From Dehalococcoidia bacterium (lineage in GTDB: Bacteria > Chloroflexota > Dehalococcoidia > Lucifugimonadales > CAYTFF01), in contig OZ252215.1 of assembly GCA_965249025.1 (NCBI GenBank), positions 1,471,783 through 1,535,782 on the forward strand: a stretch of DNA of 64,000 nt. Reading direction: 5' to 3'. The notes under the pieces were generated by a model. It worked only from the letters and a program-made list of their open reading frames with translations, had not been told where the DNA came from and searched no databases. The number at the start of each line of letters is the position of its first letter. Position 1 is the first letter of the stretch. Positions 48,627 to 56,285 of this stretch are shown here, one piece after another. A program made the translations under genes and the position numbers.

Positions 48627-48823
48627 GAAAATGGAGTCGCCCAGATGCTTCGTCGGCGAGAGGCATTTTGCAGCGGTTGGGTTTAACCGACTCCTCCTTC
48701 GGTCGCACGTCGCCATAGCTTTAGCGACGGAGCGGGGACGGAGTCCCGCCTATGGCGGCTTCGCCTGCGGCAAGCCTATGGCGACCGAAGGACGCAGTCC
48801 TCAGCATGGCACCCCCCCAACCC
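48627..48823 (+). repeat. structured interspersed repeat, copy D (longest variant, two extra hairpin inserts)
   Basis: GAAAATGGAGTCGCCCAGATGCTTCGTCGGCGAGAGGCATTTT...AACCGACTCCTCCTTCGG[TCGCACGTCGCCATAGCTTTAGCGACGGAGCG]GGGACGGAGTCCCGCCTATGGCGG[CTTCGCCTGCGGCAAGCCTATGGCGACCGAAGGACGC]AGTCCTCAGCATGGCACCCCCCCAACCC. Confidence 0.8.
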
Positions 48824-48867
48824 ACGACTCCTCGAAATGACAGGGTGGGCCCAGTATGAGCAGGATA

Positions 48868-48959
48868 GCACCCCCTCTCTGACTCTCCCCCATTAAAGGG
48901 GGTGAGAACAAGGGGCCTCCCCAGATTCTTCGACCGACGAGTTGGGAGAAGAATGACAG
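48868..48959 (+). repeat. composite hairpin repeat (CACCCCCTCTCTGACTCTCCCCC-ATTA-AAGGGGGTGAGAA plus AGATTCTTC...GAGAAGAATGACAG)
   Basis: Two consecutive inverted repeats can be read directly. Together with the other repeats it fills the MFS-hppA intergenic space. Confidence 0.75.
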
Positions 48960-48973
48960 AAGGGGTGGGGCGG

Positions 48974-51022
48974 TTATAGGAAGAGGGGAGCGAAGACCAG
49001 GGCGACTATTGACATCAGCTTCAGGAGGATGTTCAGGGACGGCCCAGAGGTGTCCTTGAAGGGGTCGCCGACGGTATCGCCAACGACGGCAGCCTTGTGG
49101 GCATCGGAGCCCTTGCCGCCGTAGTTCCCCAACTCGATATATTTCTTAGCGTTGTCCCAGGAGCCTCCGGCATTGGCCATTGTGATTGCCAGCAGAAAGC
49201 CCGCGGCAATAGCGCCTATCAGCAAGCCGCCCAGTGCCTGAGGCCCAAGAATAAATCCCACAATCAAGGGAGCGACGATTGCCAAAATCCCTGGAAGAAC
49301 CATCTCTCTAATGGCTCCCTTGGCGCTTATGTCCACGGCTCGGGTGTAGTCGGGTTTGGCGGTACCCTCCATGAGGCCCTTTATCTCTCTGAACTGTCGT
49401 CTCACCTCTTCCACCATGTTATAGGCTGCTCGCCCGACGGCCTGCATGGTAAGGGCCGAAAACAGGAATGGCATCAGCGCCCCTATGAAGAGGCCCAGTA
49501 GCACATCCGTAGTCTGGAGGTTAAACACGCTGATCCCCACTGCCTGGGAGTAGGCGGCCATCAGGGCAAGGGAGGTAAGCACAGCAGACCCTATAGCGAA
49601 GCCTTTGCCAGTGGCGGCGGTTGTATTACCTAGAGAGTCCAGAGCGTCGGTGCGCTCTCGCACCTTGGGGTCCAAGTGGGCCTGCTCGGCGATGCCGCCA
49701 GCGTTGTCGGCTACGGGGCCGTAGGCGTCGGTGGCTAGGGTAATTCCAAGGGTAGACAGCATCCCCACAGCAGCCAATGCGACGCCGTAAACACCAGCCA
49801 GCCAGCTAGCTAGCCATATACCAACCACAACAGCGACAAGGGGTATCAAGGTGCTCAGCATACCAAGACTAAACCCTCCAATGATAACCGTGCCAGCACC
49901 CGTCTGGGCCTGTTTGGACAGCCACTTGGTAGGCCTGGATTCGTAGGAGGTGAAATACTCCGTAGCTGTGCCTATGGTCTGGCCAACCACAAGTCCCACC
50001 ACGACGACCCAGAAGAGCTTGAAGTCCAACCCCAGGGCCGCTATGGCTAGTCCTGAACCTAGAAGGACCAGACCGCTAGCGGAGAAGATCCCGATGCGAA
50101 GCGCCCATAGCAAGCGCCCCATGGTGGCCTCCTCACCGCTACGGACTAAAAAGGTGCCCAATATGGAAGAGAATATGCCAATGCCAGCAATGAGCATAGG
50201 TAGGAGGAAGAGGCCGTGGTTGAAATTGGCCGTGGAATCGCTGATGTCGCCCAGAGCAAAGAAGCCCGCGCCAACGGCGGCCAGGGCCAGAGCGGCAATA
50301 ATGGAACCGACATAGGACTCGAAGAGGTCGGCTCCCATACCTGCTACATCGCCGACGTTGTCGCCCACGTTATCGGCGATAGTGGCGGGATTGCGAGGAT
50401 CGTCCTCGGGGATGCCCTTCTCGACCTTACCTACTATGTCTGCGCCGACGTCGGCTGCCTTGGTGAAGATGCCTCCGCCTACGCGGGCGAACAGTGCTAT
50501 GGACGAAGCACCGAAGCCGAAGCCAGCCACGATGTTGGGATCTTTGAATATCCACCAGAGTATCGCTATTCCAAGGATACCGATGCCAACCACGGTTATG
50601 CCCATGACGGAGCCACTCTTAAAAGCCACCCTCAAGGCGCGATTCAGGCCGTGCATTGCACCGGCAACGGTTCTGGTGTTGGCCCTAATGGCGATGCTCA
50701 TGCCGATAAATCCGGCCAGCGCAGAACCGATAGCGCCGGCCAGGTAGGATATGGCCGTCGACGGCACCGAGCGGCTGGTTCCTGCCTTGCCGGTGACATC
50801 GAAATCGACTAACAGCGCAAGAATGATAAACACCGCGACCACAAAGAAGGCAAGGAACCTGTATTCTCGGCTCAGGAAGGCGATAGCCCCCTCTTGGATG
50901 GCCTTGCCAATTTCCTTGATAGCCTCGTTGCCTTGGTCTTGTCGCAGTATGTTGATGACGAGGCCCAATGCGAAGAGCATGGCAACGCCCCCTGCGACGA
51001 TGGAGATGTAGATAGGCGTCAT
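48974..51022 (-). CDS. hppA: membrane-bound proton/sodium-translocating pyrophosphatase
   Basis: [40 protein letters not shown] and [22 protein letters not shown] are present. ATG 51022 (GGAGGT 9 nt upstream) is preferred over 51082. Confidence 0.9.
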   Translation of the reverse strand: MTPIYISIVAGGVAMLFALGLVINILRQDQGNEAIKEIGKAIQEGAIAFLSREYRFLAFFVVAVFIILALLVDFDVTGKAGTSRSVPSTAISYLAGAIGSALAGFIGMSIAIRANTRTVAGAMHGLNRALRVAFKSGSVMGITVVGIGILGIAILWWIFKDPNIVAGFGFGASSIALFARVGGGIFTKAADVGADIVGKVEKGIPEDDPRNPATIADNVGDNVGDVAGMGADLFESYVGSIIAALALAAVGAGFFALGDISDSTANFNHGLFLLPMLIAGIGIFSSILGTFLVRSGEEATMGRLLWALRIGIFSASGLVLLGSGLAIAALGLDFKLFWVVVVGLVVGQTIGTATEYFTSYESRPTKWLSKQAQTGAGTVIIGGFSLGMLSTLIPLVAVVVGIWLASWLAGVYGVALAAVGMLSTLGITLATDAYGPVADNAGGIAEQAHLDPKVRERTDALDSLGNTTAATGKGFAIGSAVLTSLALMAAYSQAVGISVFNLQTTDVLLGLFIGALMPFLFSALTMQAVGRAAYNMVEEVRRQFREIKGLMEGTAKPDYTRAVDISAKGAIREMVLPGILAIVAPLIVGFILGPQALGGLLIGAIAAGFLLAITMANAGGSWDNAKKYIELGNYGGKGSDAHKAAVVGDTVGDPFKDTSGPSLNILLKLMSIVALVFAPLFL

Positions 51023-51287
51023 AAAAGGATACCTCCGAAAAATAGCCTCCCCATAGGAGTAGAAGGGAAGGCCCTCTAACAAGTCACATTTGCCACGTGC
51101 AAATTTATACTAGAACGGACTCGGCGTCAAGGTAGAAGGCGGGGTATGGACATCTTATTATAGGGCGCTCATTCGCAGTATTTTCGCTTCAGTTGAAGAG
51201 TTTTGCTTCTTTAGGGCAAGGATGACTTCATTACCACCCTGGAGCACCGACAAACCTGCGAAGGTTAAGTGTAGCAGCATAGCCACC

Positions 51288-51959
51288 TCATTCCTCCTGG
51301 TTCGTCTCGAAGGCCGTCAGCTTCTGCTCCAGGCTCCGCTGTCTCAGGGCCAGGGTCAGGTCGCCGCGAGTACGCTCCAGGACGCCTCTCACCATATCCG
51401 TTGTCCGACGCAGCCCTCTGGTAATAGCGTCCGGAAAGTCAATGGTCACCAGGAGTGAGTAGACGTCGTCCATCACCGTAAGCAGGTCCTCGCATCTGGA
51501 GGTGTCATCATGCCTCAGAGAATCGAGGATGTAGCGCCTCAACTCGCCTACTGCCTCTCCGAGGCCATTGAGGTATGGGGCGTACCCCACACTCAGCTCT
51601 TGTGGGCCTGGCAAAGGACTGCCCTCTGCAAAGGCCAGGGTAGCAGAGGCCTCCGCATACTCCTTCTGAGCATCCTCCAGAAACCCCGCAAAGTAGATGT
51701 TGGGGTGGCCCTGGAGGGCCTGTTCTGCCTCCTTTAGAAGACCCCTGGCTCCACTCAACAGCTTGCGCGCCACATCAAACTCGCCCCTATGGGTGGCTCG
51801 TATGGAGTTGGCTGAGTGCTGAATGATCTTTCGGGACAGGGGCAGCGCCGCTTCTCTGGCAGCCTGTTTCTGAGAGAAGGCACTCCGAACTTCCGATTCT
51901 AGGTTGTTTAAGGTCTTTCTTACGCTGCTTGCGATCTGACGATTTGCTGTTTGACTCAA
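51288..51959 (-). CDS. translin-family protein
   Basis: 223 aa, all-helical. FLEDAQKEYAEA and YLNGLGEAVGELRRYILD are typical of prokaryotic translin-like proteins. Confidence 0.65.
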   Translation of the reverse strand: MSQTANRQIASSVRKTLNNLESEVRSAFSQKQAAREAALPLSRKIIQHSANSIRATHRGEFDVARKLLSGARGLLKEAEQALQGHPNIYFAGFLEDAQKEYAEASATLAFAEGSPLPGPQELSVGYAPYLNGLGEAVGELRRYILDSLRHDDTSRCEDLLTVMDDVYSLLVTIDFPDAITRGLRRTTDMVRGVLERTRGDLTLALRQRSLEQKLTAFETNQEE

Positions 51960-52027
51960 TTTTCATCCCTTTCTAATTTTGGGAAATGCCTCTCCGCTCT
52001 TTCGGCTGGGCTCAGGGCAAGCCACAG

Positions 52028-52058
52028 GCTCATACTTCGACAAGCTCAGTATGAGCGG
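52028..52058 (+). repeat. TTCGACAAGCTCAG hairpin repeat
   Basis: GCTCATAC-TTCGACAAGCTCA-GTATGAGC forms an 8-bp stem. A half copy lies at 51998-52022. Confidence 0.7.
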
Positions 52059-52068
52059 CGTTTGAGGG

Positions 52069-53040
52069 CTACTGTTTCTCTATCTTATCGAGCAGCCTTT
52101 TGGCAGCTTCCTCCGGGTCATTGGCCAGGGTCACGGCGCTGATTACGCAGACTGCGTCGGCGCCGGCTCTCACGACCTCTTCTACGTTGGTCTCGTTTAT
52201 TCCTCCAATTGCCACCACAGGAACGGTAGTCGACTTCTTGACCCTTTGCAAAGTCTCGATGCCAGCGGGGCGGGTATTACTTTTCGTGGAGGTAGGGTAG
52301 ATACTGCCGACGGCAATATAGTCGGCGCCATTGGACTGGGACTCGAGGGCCTCCTGGACAAGGGCGTTAGAGGTGCCGACTATCTGCGTCGGACTGAGTA
52401 TTCGGCGGGCCTCCCCTATTGGGAGGTCATGCTGCCCCAGGTGAAGGCCATGAGAGCCACAGGCCAAGGCCAAGTCGGAGTGATCGTTTACGATGAAGAC
52501 GGCGCTGTGCTTCTCGCACAACACTTGGATCTCCCGGGCCTGTGGCAAGACGTCACCTTTGTCCTGGCCCTTGCTCCTTAGCTGCACAACAGAAGCGCCT
52601 CCCTTGAGGACGGCCTCGGTCACCTGAATCACTGGCCTTCCACTGGTCTGCTCCGAGTCAACAATTACGTAGAGCCCCTTTATCTTGGAGCTGCGCTCTT
52701 TCCTTATCTCACCGGAGACTCGCTGTTCTATCCTGGAGAAAACCCGCTGCGCCTGCTGCTTCCAGGCATCCTCCAAGGGAGAATCAATACCATCCATGTC
52801 CTCAAGGGTTCTAATGGACTGCTGTACTACGCGTAGAGCGTCTAAGGCAAGGATCATGGGGCTCTTGGAGATGTTTTTGTAGGAGACCCTGTCTATCTCT
52901 TTGCTCCTATCCTGAATTGAGGAGGAACCTCGTAGCATGCGGATATCGGAGTAGAGTCCCAGAGGAGTGGTGACGAAGGCTTCCAGAAGGCTAAGGCCCT
53001 CATCGATGGCCTTCAGTTGAGCTTCTATATATGAATGCAT
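52069..53040 (-). CDS. thiE: thiamine-phosphate synthase with an N-terminal extension of about 125 aa
   Basis: GLYVIVD, VQLRSKG, HLGQHDLP and VVAIGGI are ThiE motifs in the C-terminal 200 aa. ATG 53040 (AGGAGA upstream) is preferred, because the 53259 start would run through the neighbouring gene in another frame. Confidence 0.8.
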   Translation of the reverse strand: MHSYIEAQLKAIDEGLSLLEAFVTTPLGLYSDIRMLRGSSSIQDRSKEIDRVSYKNISKSPMILALDALRVVQQSIRTLEDMDGIDSPLEDAWKQQAQRVFSRIEQRVSGEIRKERSSKIKGLYVIVDSEQTSGRPVIQVTEAVLKGGASVVQLRSKGQDKGDVLPQAREIQVLCEKHSAVFIVNDHSDLALACGSHGLHLGQHDLPIGEARRILSPTQIVGTSNALVQEALESQSNGADYIAVGSIYPTSTKSNTRPAGIETLQRVKKSTTVPVVAIGGINETNVEEVVRAGADAVCVISAVTLANDPEEAAKRLLDKIEKQ

Positions 53041-53047
53041 GATTCTC

Positions 53048-53392
53048 CTATAAGTCCAGGTCTTTCGGCATCTCGCCCTCCCGAGCCGACGCAATGGTCT
53101 CCTTGACCGAGTCCGGCACATCGATGCCATACTTCTCGAAGGTCTCCTCCACGCGGCGTCCGACGTTTTGGGGGTCTTTGTAGTAGTCCATGCTATCGCC
53201 GAAGGGCGAGGAGCCTCGGTTCTCTTCGCTACGGCTTTGCTCCGAGCGATGGTAGGCAAAGGACGACATGGCCCTCTCCATATCTTTGCTGTTGCAGTAG
53301 GAACAGACCGCCTCTATCTGAGCGGAAACGGACCTGGCAAAGACTGTGGACCTTTTGCCACATGTACGGCACTTGTACTCGTAAATTGGCAT
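53048..53392 (-). CDS. FmdB-family zinc-ribbon protein
   Basis: MPIYEYKCRTCG...CSYCNS is the CxxC-x(n)-CxxC pattern. Confidence 0.75.
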   Translation of the reverse strand: MPIYEYKCRTCGKRSTVFARSVSAQIEAVCSYCNSKDMERAMSSFAYHRSEQSRSEENRGSSPFGDSMDYYKDPQNVGRRVEETFEKYGIDVPDSVKETIASAREGEMPKDLDL

Positions 53393-53449
53393 CTTGCGCC
53401 CTTAAGGTCGTTGCTTGTCTTCGCCTGGTAGAAGACCAAGCGAAGGACG

Positions 53450-53794
53450 CTATTCGTCGGCTGCCAGGTCGGCGGGTGTCACGCCGGCATCCATCATAGT
53501 CTCGAGATCGGACGAAGATGAGCCAAAGTCCACACCCATCTCCTTTCGTATGCGTTTTGTCATTTCCATCACGCTCTTGGGGTCGTTTTCGTCGAAGTCG
53601 CTCAACGTCTCGAAGGAGGACAGCTTGTCGAAGTCCTCCATAAAGGGCTTGATGACGGCCACCTTAGATATCATGCGCTCCACATTCTCGCTGCTGCAGT
53701 GGGAACAGGAGTGAGGCCGGGTGTCTGAGAAGCTGCGCAGAAACTGGGACGATATTCTACAGCAGTCCTGGCACCTGTATTCATATATGGGCAA
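53450..53794 (-). CDS. FmdB-family zinc-ribbon protein (paralogue)
   Basis: MPIYEYRCQDCC...CSHCSS. A possible extended -10 (TGCTACAAT, minus strand, 53829-53837) lies upstream. Confidence 0.75.
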   Translation of the reverse strand: MPIYEYRCQDCCRISSQFLRSFSDTRPHSCSHCSSENVERMISKVAVIKPFMEDFDKLSSFETLSDFDENDPKSVMEMTKRIRKEMGVDFGSSSSDLETMMDAGVTPADLAADE

Positions 53795-54133
53795 AGCGTT
53801 ATCCTCAGGGTTGTATCTGTGGTAATAAATTGTAGCACAAAGCTCACGCAGGGGTAAGCTTAAGCACTATCTACTATTTTCACTATGACGTGTTCGCATA
53901 GGACTCAGCAGGGGGTTCCAAGAGCACGCCCCACTCGGATATGCGGGCGGGGGCTACTCAAAGCGAGGTCTCGCCTAATGGCTTTTTCGGCTAGCCGCTA
54001 GCTACCACTGCACAAACATCGGCATGACGGATATGAAATCATTATATTGGGTCATCTCGAAAGCCCTATAGTAGCGCATTCATCTTGACACTTCAGCCGC
54101 CTTCTCGACTGGCCGATCAGAGATAGGCGCAGC

Positions 54134-54670
54134 CTATCCCGCATGCGTCCCATCGGCGTCGTAGACGTACACCTTATCGTCGATGATGTCCAACACGTAG
54201 AAGTAAGCTCCATCCCAGGCTATGCCAAAGGGGTAGGTGTTGCCGGTGGCGAGGTCGAAGTCGCGGTCTGACTGGTAGTTCCCATCGGCGTCGTAGACGT
54301 ACACCTTATCGAACAAGTTGTCCGTCACATAGAAGTAAGCTCCATTCCAGGCTATGCCCCAGGGGTAGGTGTTGCCGGTGGCGAGGTCGAAGTCGCGGTC
54401 TGACTGGTAGTTCCCATCGGCGTCGTAGACGTACACCTTATCGTCGACGACGTCCACCACGTAGAAGTAAGCTCCATCCCAGGCTATGCCAAAGGGGTAG
54501 GTGTTGCCGGTGGCGAGGTCGAAGTCGCGAGCGGCCCTTCGCCACGTCCCACTGACCTTGGTCCAAGAATGGGCTGCCTTCCATGTCCCCGCCACCTTCA
54601 CCTTGGCGGCCGCCGTCTGCCATGCCCCCGCTGCCTTGACCTTGATCGGCATCGCTAGTACTCCAGCCAC
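54134..54670 (-). CDS. tail-fibre-associated protein with three NHL/beta-propeller-like 44-aa repeats
   Basis: 178 aa. The N-terminus has KVKAAGAWQTAAAKVKVAGTWKAAHSW repeats. Then come 3 copies of RDFDLATGNTYP(F/W)GIAWxGAYFYVxDxxxDKVYVYDADGNYQSD. Confidence 0.6.
   Translation of the reverse strand: MAGVLAMPIKVKAAGAWQTAAAKVKVAGTWKAAHSWTKVSGTWRRAARDFDLATGNTYPFGIAWDGAYFYVVDVVDDKVYVYDADGNYQSDRDFDLATGNTYPWGIAWNGAYFYVTDNLFDKVYVYDADGNYQSDRDFDLATGNTYPFGIAWDGAYFYVLDIIDDKVYVYDADGTHAG
54149..54529 (-). repeat. 3 x 132-bp near-identical tandem repeat within the fibre-associated gene
   Basis: Units start at 54149, 54281 and 54413. The flanks are identical and differences cluster in one patch of about 18 nt per unit. 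Confidence 0.9.
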
Positions 54671-55200
54671 ACGTCGCCGTCGCCACCGTCCGAGCTGGTG
54701 GGGGCCGAGTCGCTCACCGTAACCCGCCTATACCCCAACGAGGCCAGGACAGCAGGTGTGATCACCCCGGTGGCATCGGTCCCGTCCCCTGCATCCGTGG
54801 CTAGCCTGACAACCCCGCGCTCCGTGGCGGAGGCATTGGGGGGCGACGTATTCAGTGGCTTCCAATGGGACTCGCCGCTGTCGGTAACCGGATCGACGTT
54901 GGTGGAGTCCTGGACGCTTACGTACAGCAGGGCATCGCCGCCCGTTACCAGCGCCGGATGCTCGTATGAGATCGAGGAGTCCCACTCAAGCCCTGCGCCG
55001 TGGACGTTCACCTCGACTCCCAGGGCGGTCACTTCCCGGTGAAGCTCGTTGAAGTGCTCCCGCTTGGGCAGCGACCCGCCGGGCTGGGAGTGGCTGATGT
55101 CCCAGCCAATAGAGCGGTCTATCCCACCGTCCTCCGGGTCCTCAACGTCCCCTGTGGCTGCCCACTTACTGATTTTTAGTGCGTCCGGGTCTCTTGCCAT
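54655..55200 (-). CDS. phage tail fibre protein
   Basis: 181 aa. LPKREHFNELHREVTAL, WDSSISYEHPALVTGGDALLYVS and ERGVVRLATDAGDGTDATGVITPAVL are motifs common in short tail fibres. Confidence 0.6.
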   Translation of the reverse strand: MARDPDALKISKWAATGDVEDPEDGGIDRSIGWDISHSQPGGSLPKREHFNELHREVTALGVEVNVHGAGLEWDSSISYEHPALVTGGDALLYVSVQDSTNVDPVTDSGESHWKPLNTSPPNASATERGVVRLATDAGDGTDATGVITPAVLASLGYRRVTVSDSAPTSSDGGDGDVWLEY

Positions 55201-55202
55201 GA

Positions 55203-56285
55203 CTACTCACTCCTGAAGCTAATGTCGTCCCAATAAAGCACGTGCGGGGCCGAACGGTCGGTGACTCTCAAAGCCAGCCGAATGTCCTGACAAGCGGCGG
55301 AGATAGTCGTCGTGGCTTCGAGATATTCCCAGGAGTCATAGGCGGTCGGGTTCTCCGATCTCGTATTCTCCCATGTGGTGGCGCCCTCTGAATCCACCTC
55401 GCCGCACATTAGCTCTAGCTCCACATCGGAGAGGAGCAGGTCGCTCGCGGGGACGTAGACCCACGCCGAGAAGGTGATTTGGGTCATAGGCAGTAGGTCG
55501 GCGTATGCGACGTTGAAGCCAATGAAGACGCTTGCCGAATCGGAAGCGCCCTGTGCAACCGTGATCTTCCAACTGTGGTTGCCGGAGTGGGCCTGCTCGT
55601 CGCTCCGTTCGTACTCGCTAACGTTGGTATGGCTAGAAGTATGGCCCGCCACGACCGGCGGCTCGTCTCCCTCACAGTCTCCACCGACCACGTACTCCCA
55701 CACGACCCTAGACAGCTCGACACCCGCCGGAGAAGGCAACCCCCCAGCGATATCGAGTGCCTCCAGGAGGCTCCGGGAGTCGAGGCCCTGGTACGCTCCC
55801 TGGACCTCCGCCGTCATGTCGCCGCCGTCCCTATAGCTCACCCCAGGGAACACATGCCCCACCGCATCGCTAAGACGCTCCACCGTACCGTCCGCAAGCA
55901 GCGCCTCCGCCCGCATCATAAGCAGCTTCCGGTAGAACTCGTCTCCCACCGGCACCCTGGGCGACAACGCCTCAACCACCGTGGCGAACGGACCCTGGTC
56001 GAAGCCGACGCCACCTGAGCCGTGGAAACCAAAAGAGGCAAAGTTGGCGATGTCCGTCGCCGGACGCGGAAGCATCAGCCGTTCTCCAATACAGTCCATC
56101 CAGAAACCTTCAGCGGTGTCAATGCGGAGGCGTTCCTCCATCTCCCCCAACGGCCTGACCAGGTGGTCGTCCATCACTCCTTGAAGCGCATCCACCAGGG
56201 CACGCATACGCGGAGCCTGTTGCCACTGCTGGCCTGCTGGTCCAGCAGTGGCGTGAACGTCGATCCTCTTGGCCAGGTCGCTCAT
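55203..56285 (-). CDS. phage baseplate/tail protein (gpI / DUF2612-like N-terminus with a C-terminal carbohydrate-binding-like domain)
   Basis: 360 aa placed directly after the J-like gene. The N-terminal QWQQAPRMRALVDALQGVMDD...MDCIGERLMLPRP pattern is present. The C-terminal beta-rich domain ends LYWDDISFRS. Confidence 0.5.
   Translation of the reverse strand: MSDLAKRIDVHATAGPAGQQWQQAPRMRALVDALQGVMDDHLVRPLGEMEERLRIDTAEGFWMDCIGERLMLPRPATDIANFASFGFHGSGGVGFDQGPFATVVEALSPRVPVGDEFYRKLLMMRAEALLADGTVERLSDAVGHVFPGVSYRDGGDMTAEVQGAYQGLDSRSLLEALDIAGGLPSPAGVELSRVVWEYVVGGDCEGDEPPVVAGHTSSHTNVSEYERSDEQAHSGNHSWKITVAQGASDSASVFIGFNVAYADLLPMTQITFSAWVYVPASDLLLSDVELELMCGEVDSEGATTWENTRSENPTAYDSWEYLEATTTISAACQDIRLALRVTDRSAPHVLYWDDISFRSE

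Noticed and set aside
37620-48708. Small minus-strand ORFs sharing RPKEESVKPNR..MPLADEASG (37620-37841, 48457-48708), and plus-strand ORFs through the repeats (39440-39775, 39648-39950, 48379-48840)
   Set aside because: Their similarity derives from the interspersed DNA repeat copies. The frames are not preserved between copies, because indels come as whole hairpins, so they are unlikely to be proteins.
37690-48823. Whether the recurring 116-197-bp elements form a CRISPR array
   Set aside because: Copies are 2-6 kb apart, separated by genes, and differ in length. No short regular repeat-spacer periodicity or cas genes are present.
51088-51104. ATTTG-CCACGTG-CAAAT inverted repeat about 70 nt upstream of hppA as an operator
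   Set aside because: The arms are only 5 bp, it occurs once, and no regulator gene is adjacent. That is too little evidence to call a regulatory site.
52069-53259. Full 396-aa version of the thiE ORF
   Set aside because: The first 73 codons are Arg/Thr/Pro-rich and run through the FmdB-family gene (53048-53392) in another frame. ATG 53040, with AGGAGA upstream, gives a sensible start.
53795-53900. TPP riboswitch upstream of the zinc-ribbon/thiE gene string
   Set aside because: The reverse-complement leader lacks the conserved CUGAGA and ACCUGAUCUGGAUAAUGCCAGCG elements. Only a promoter-like TGCTACAAT is visible.
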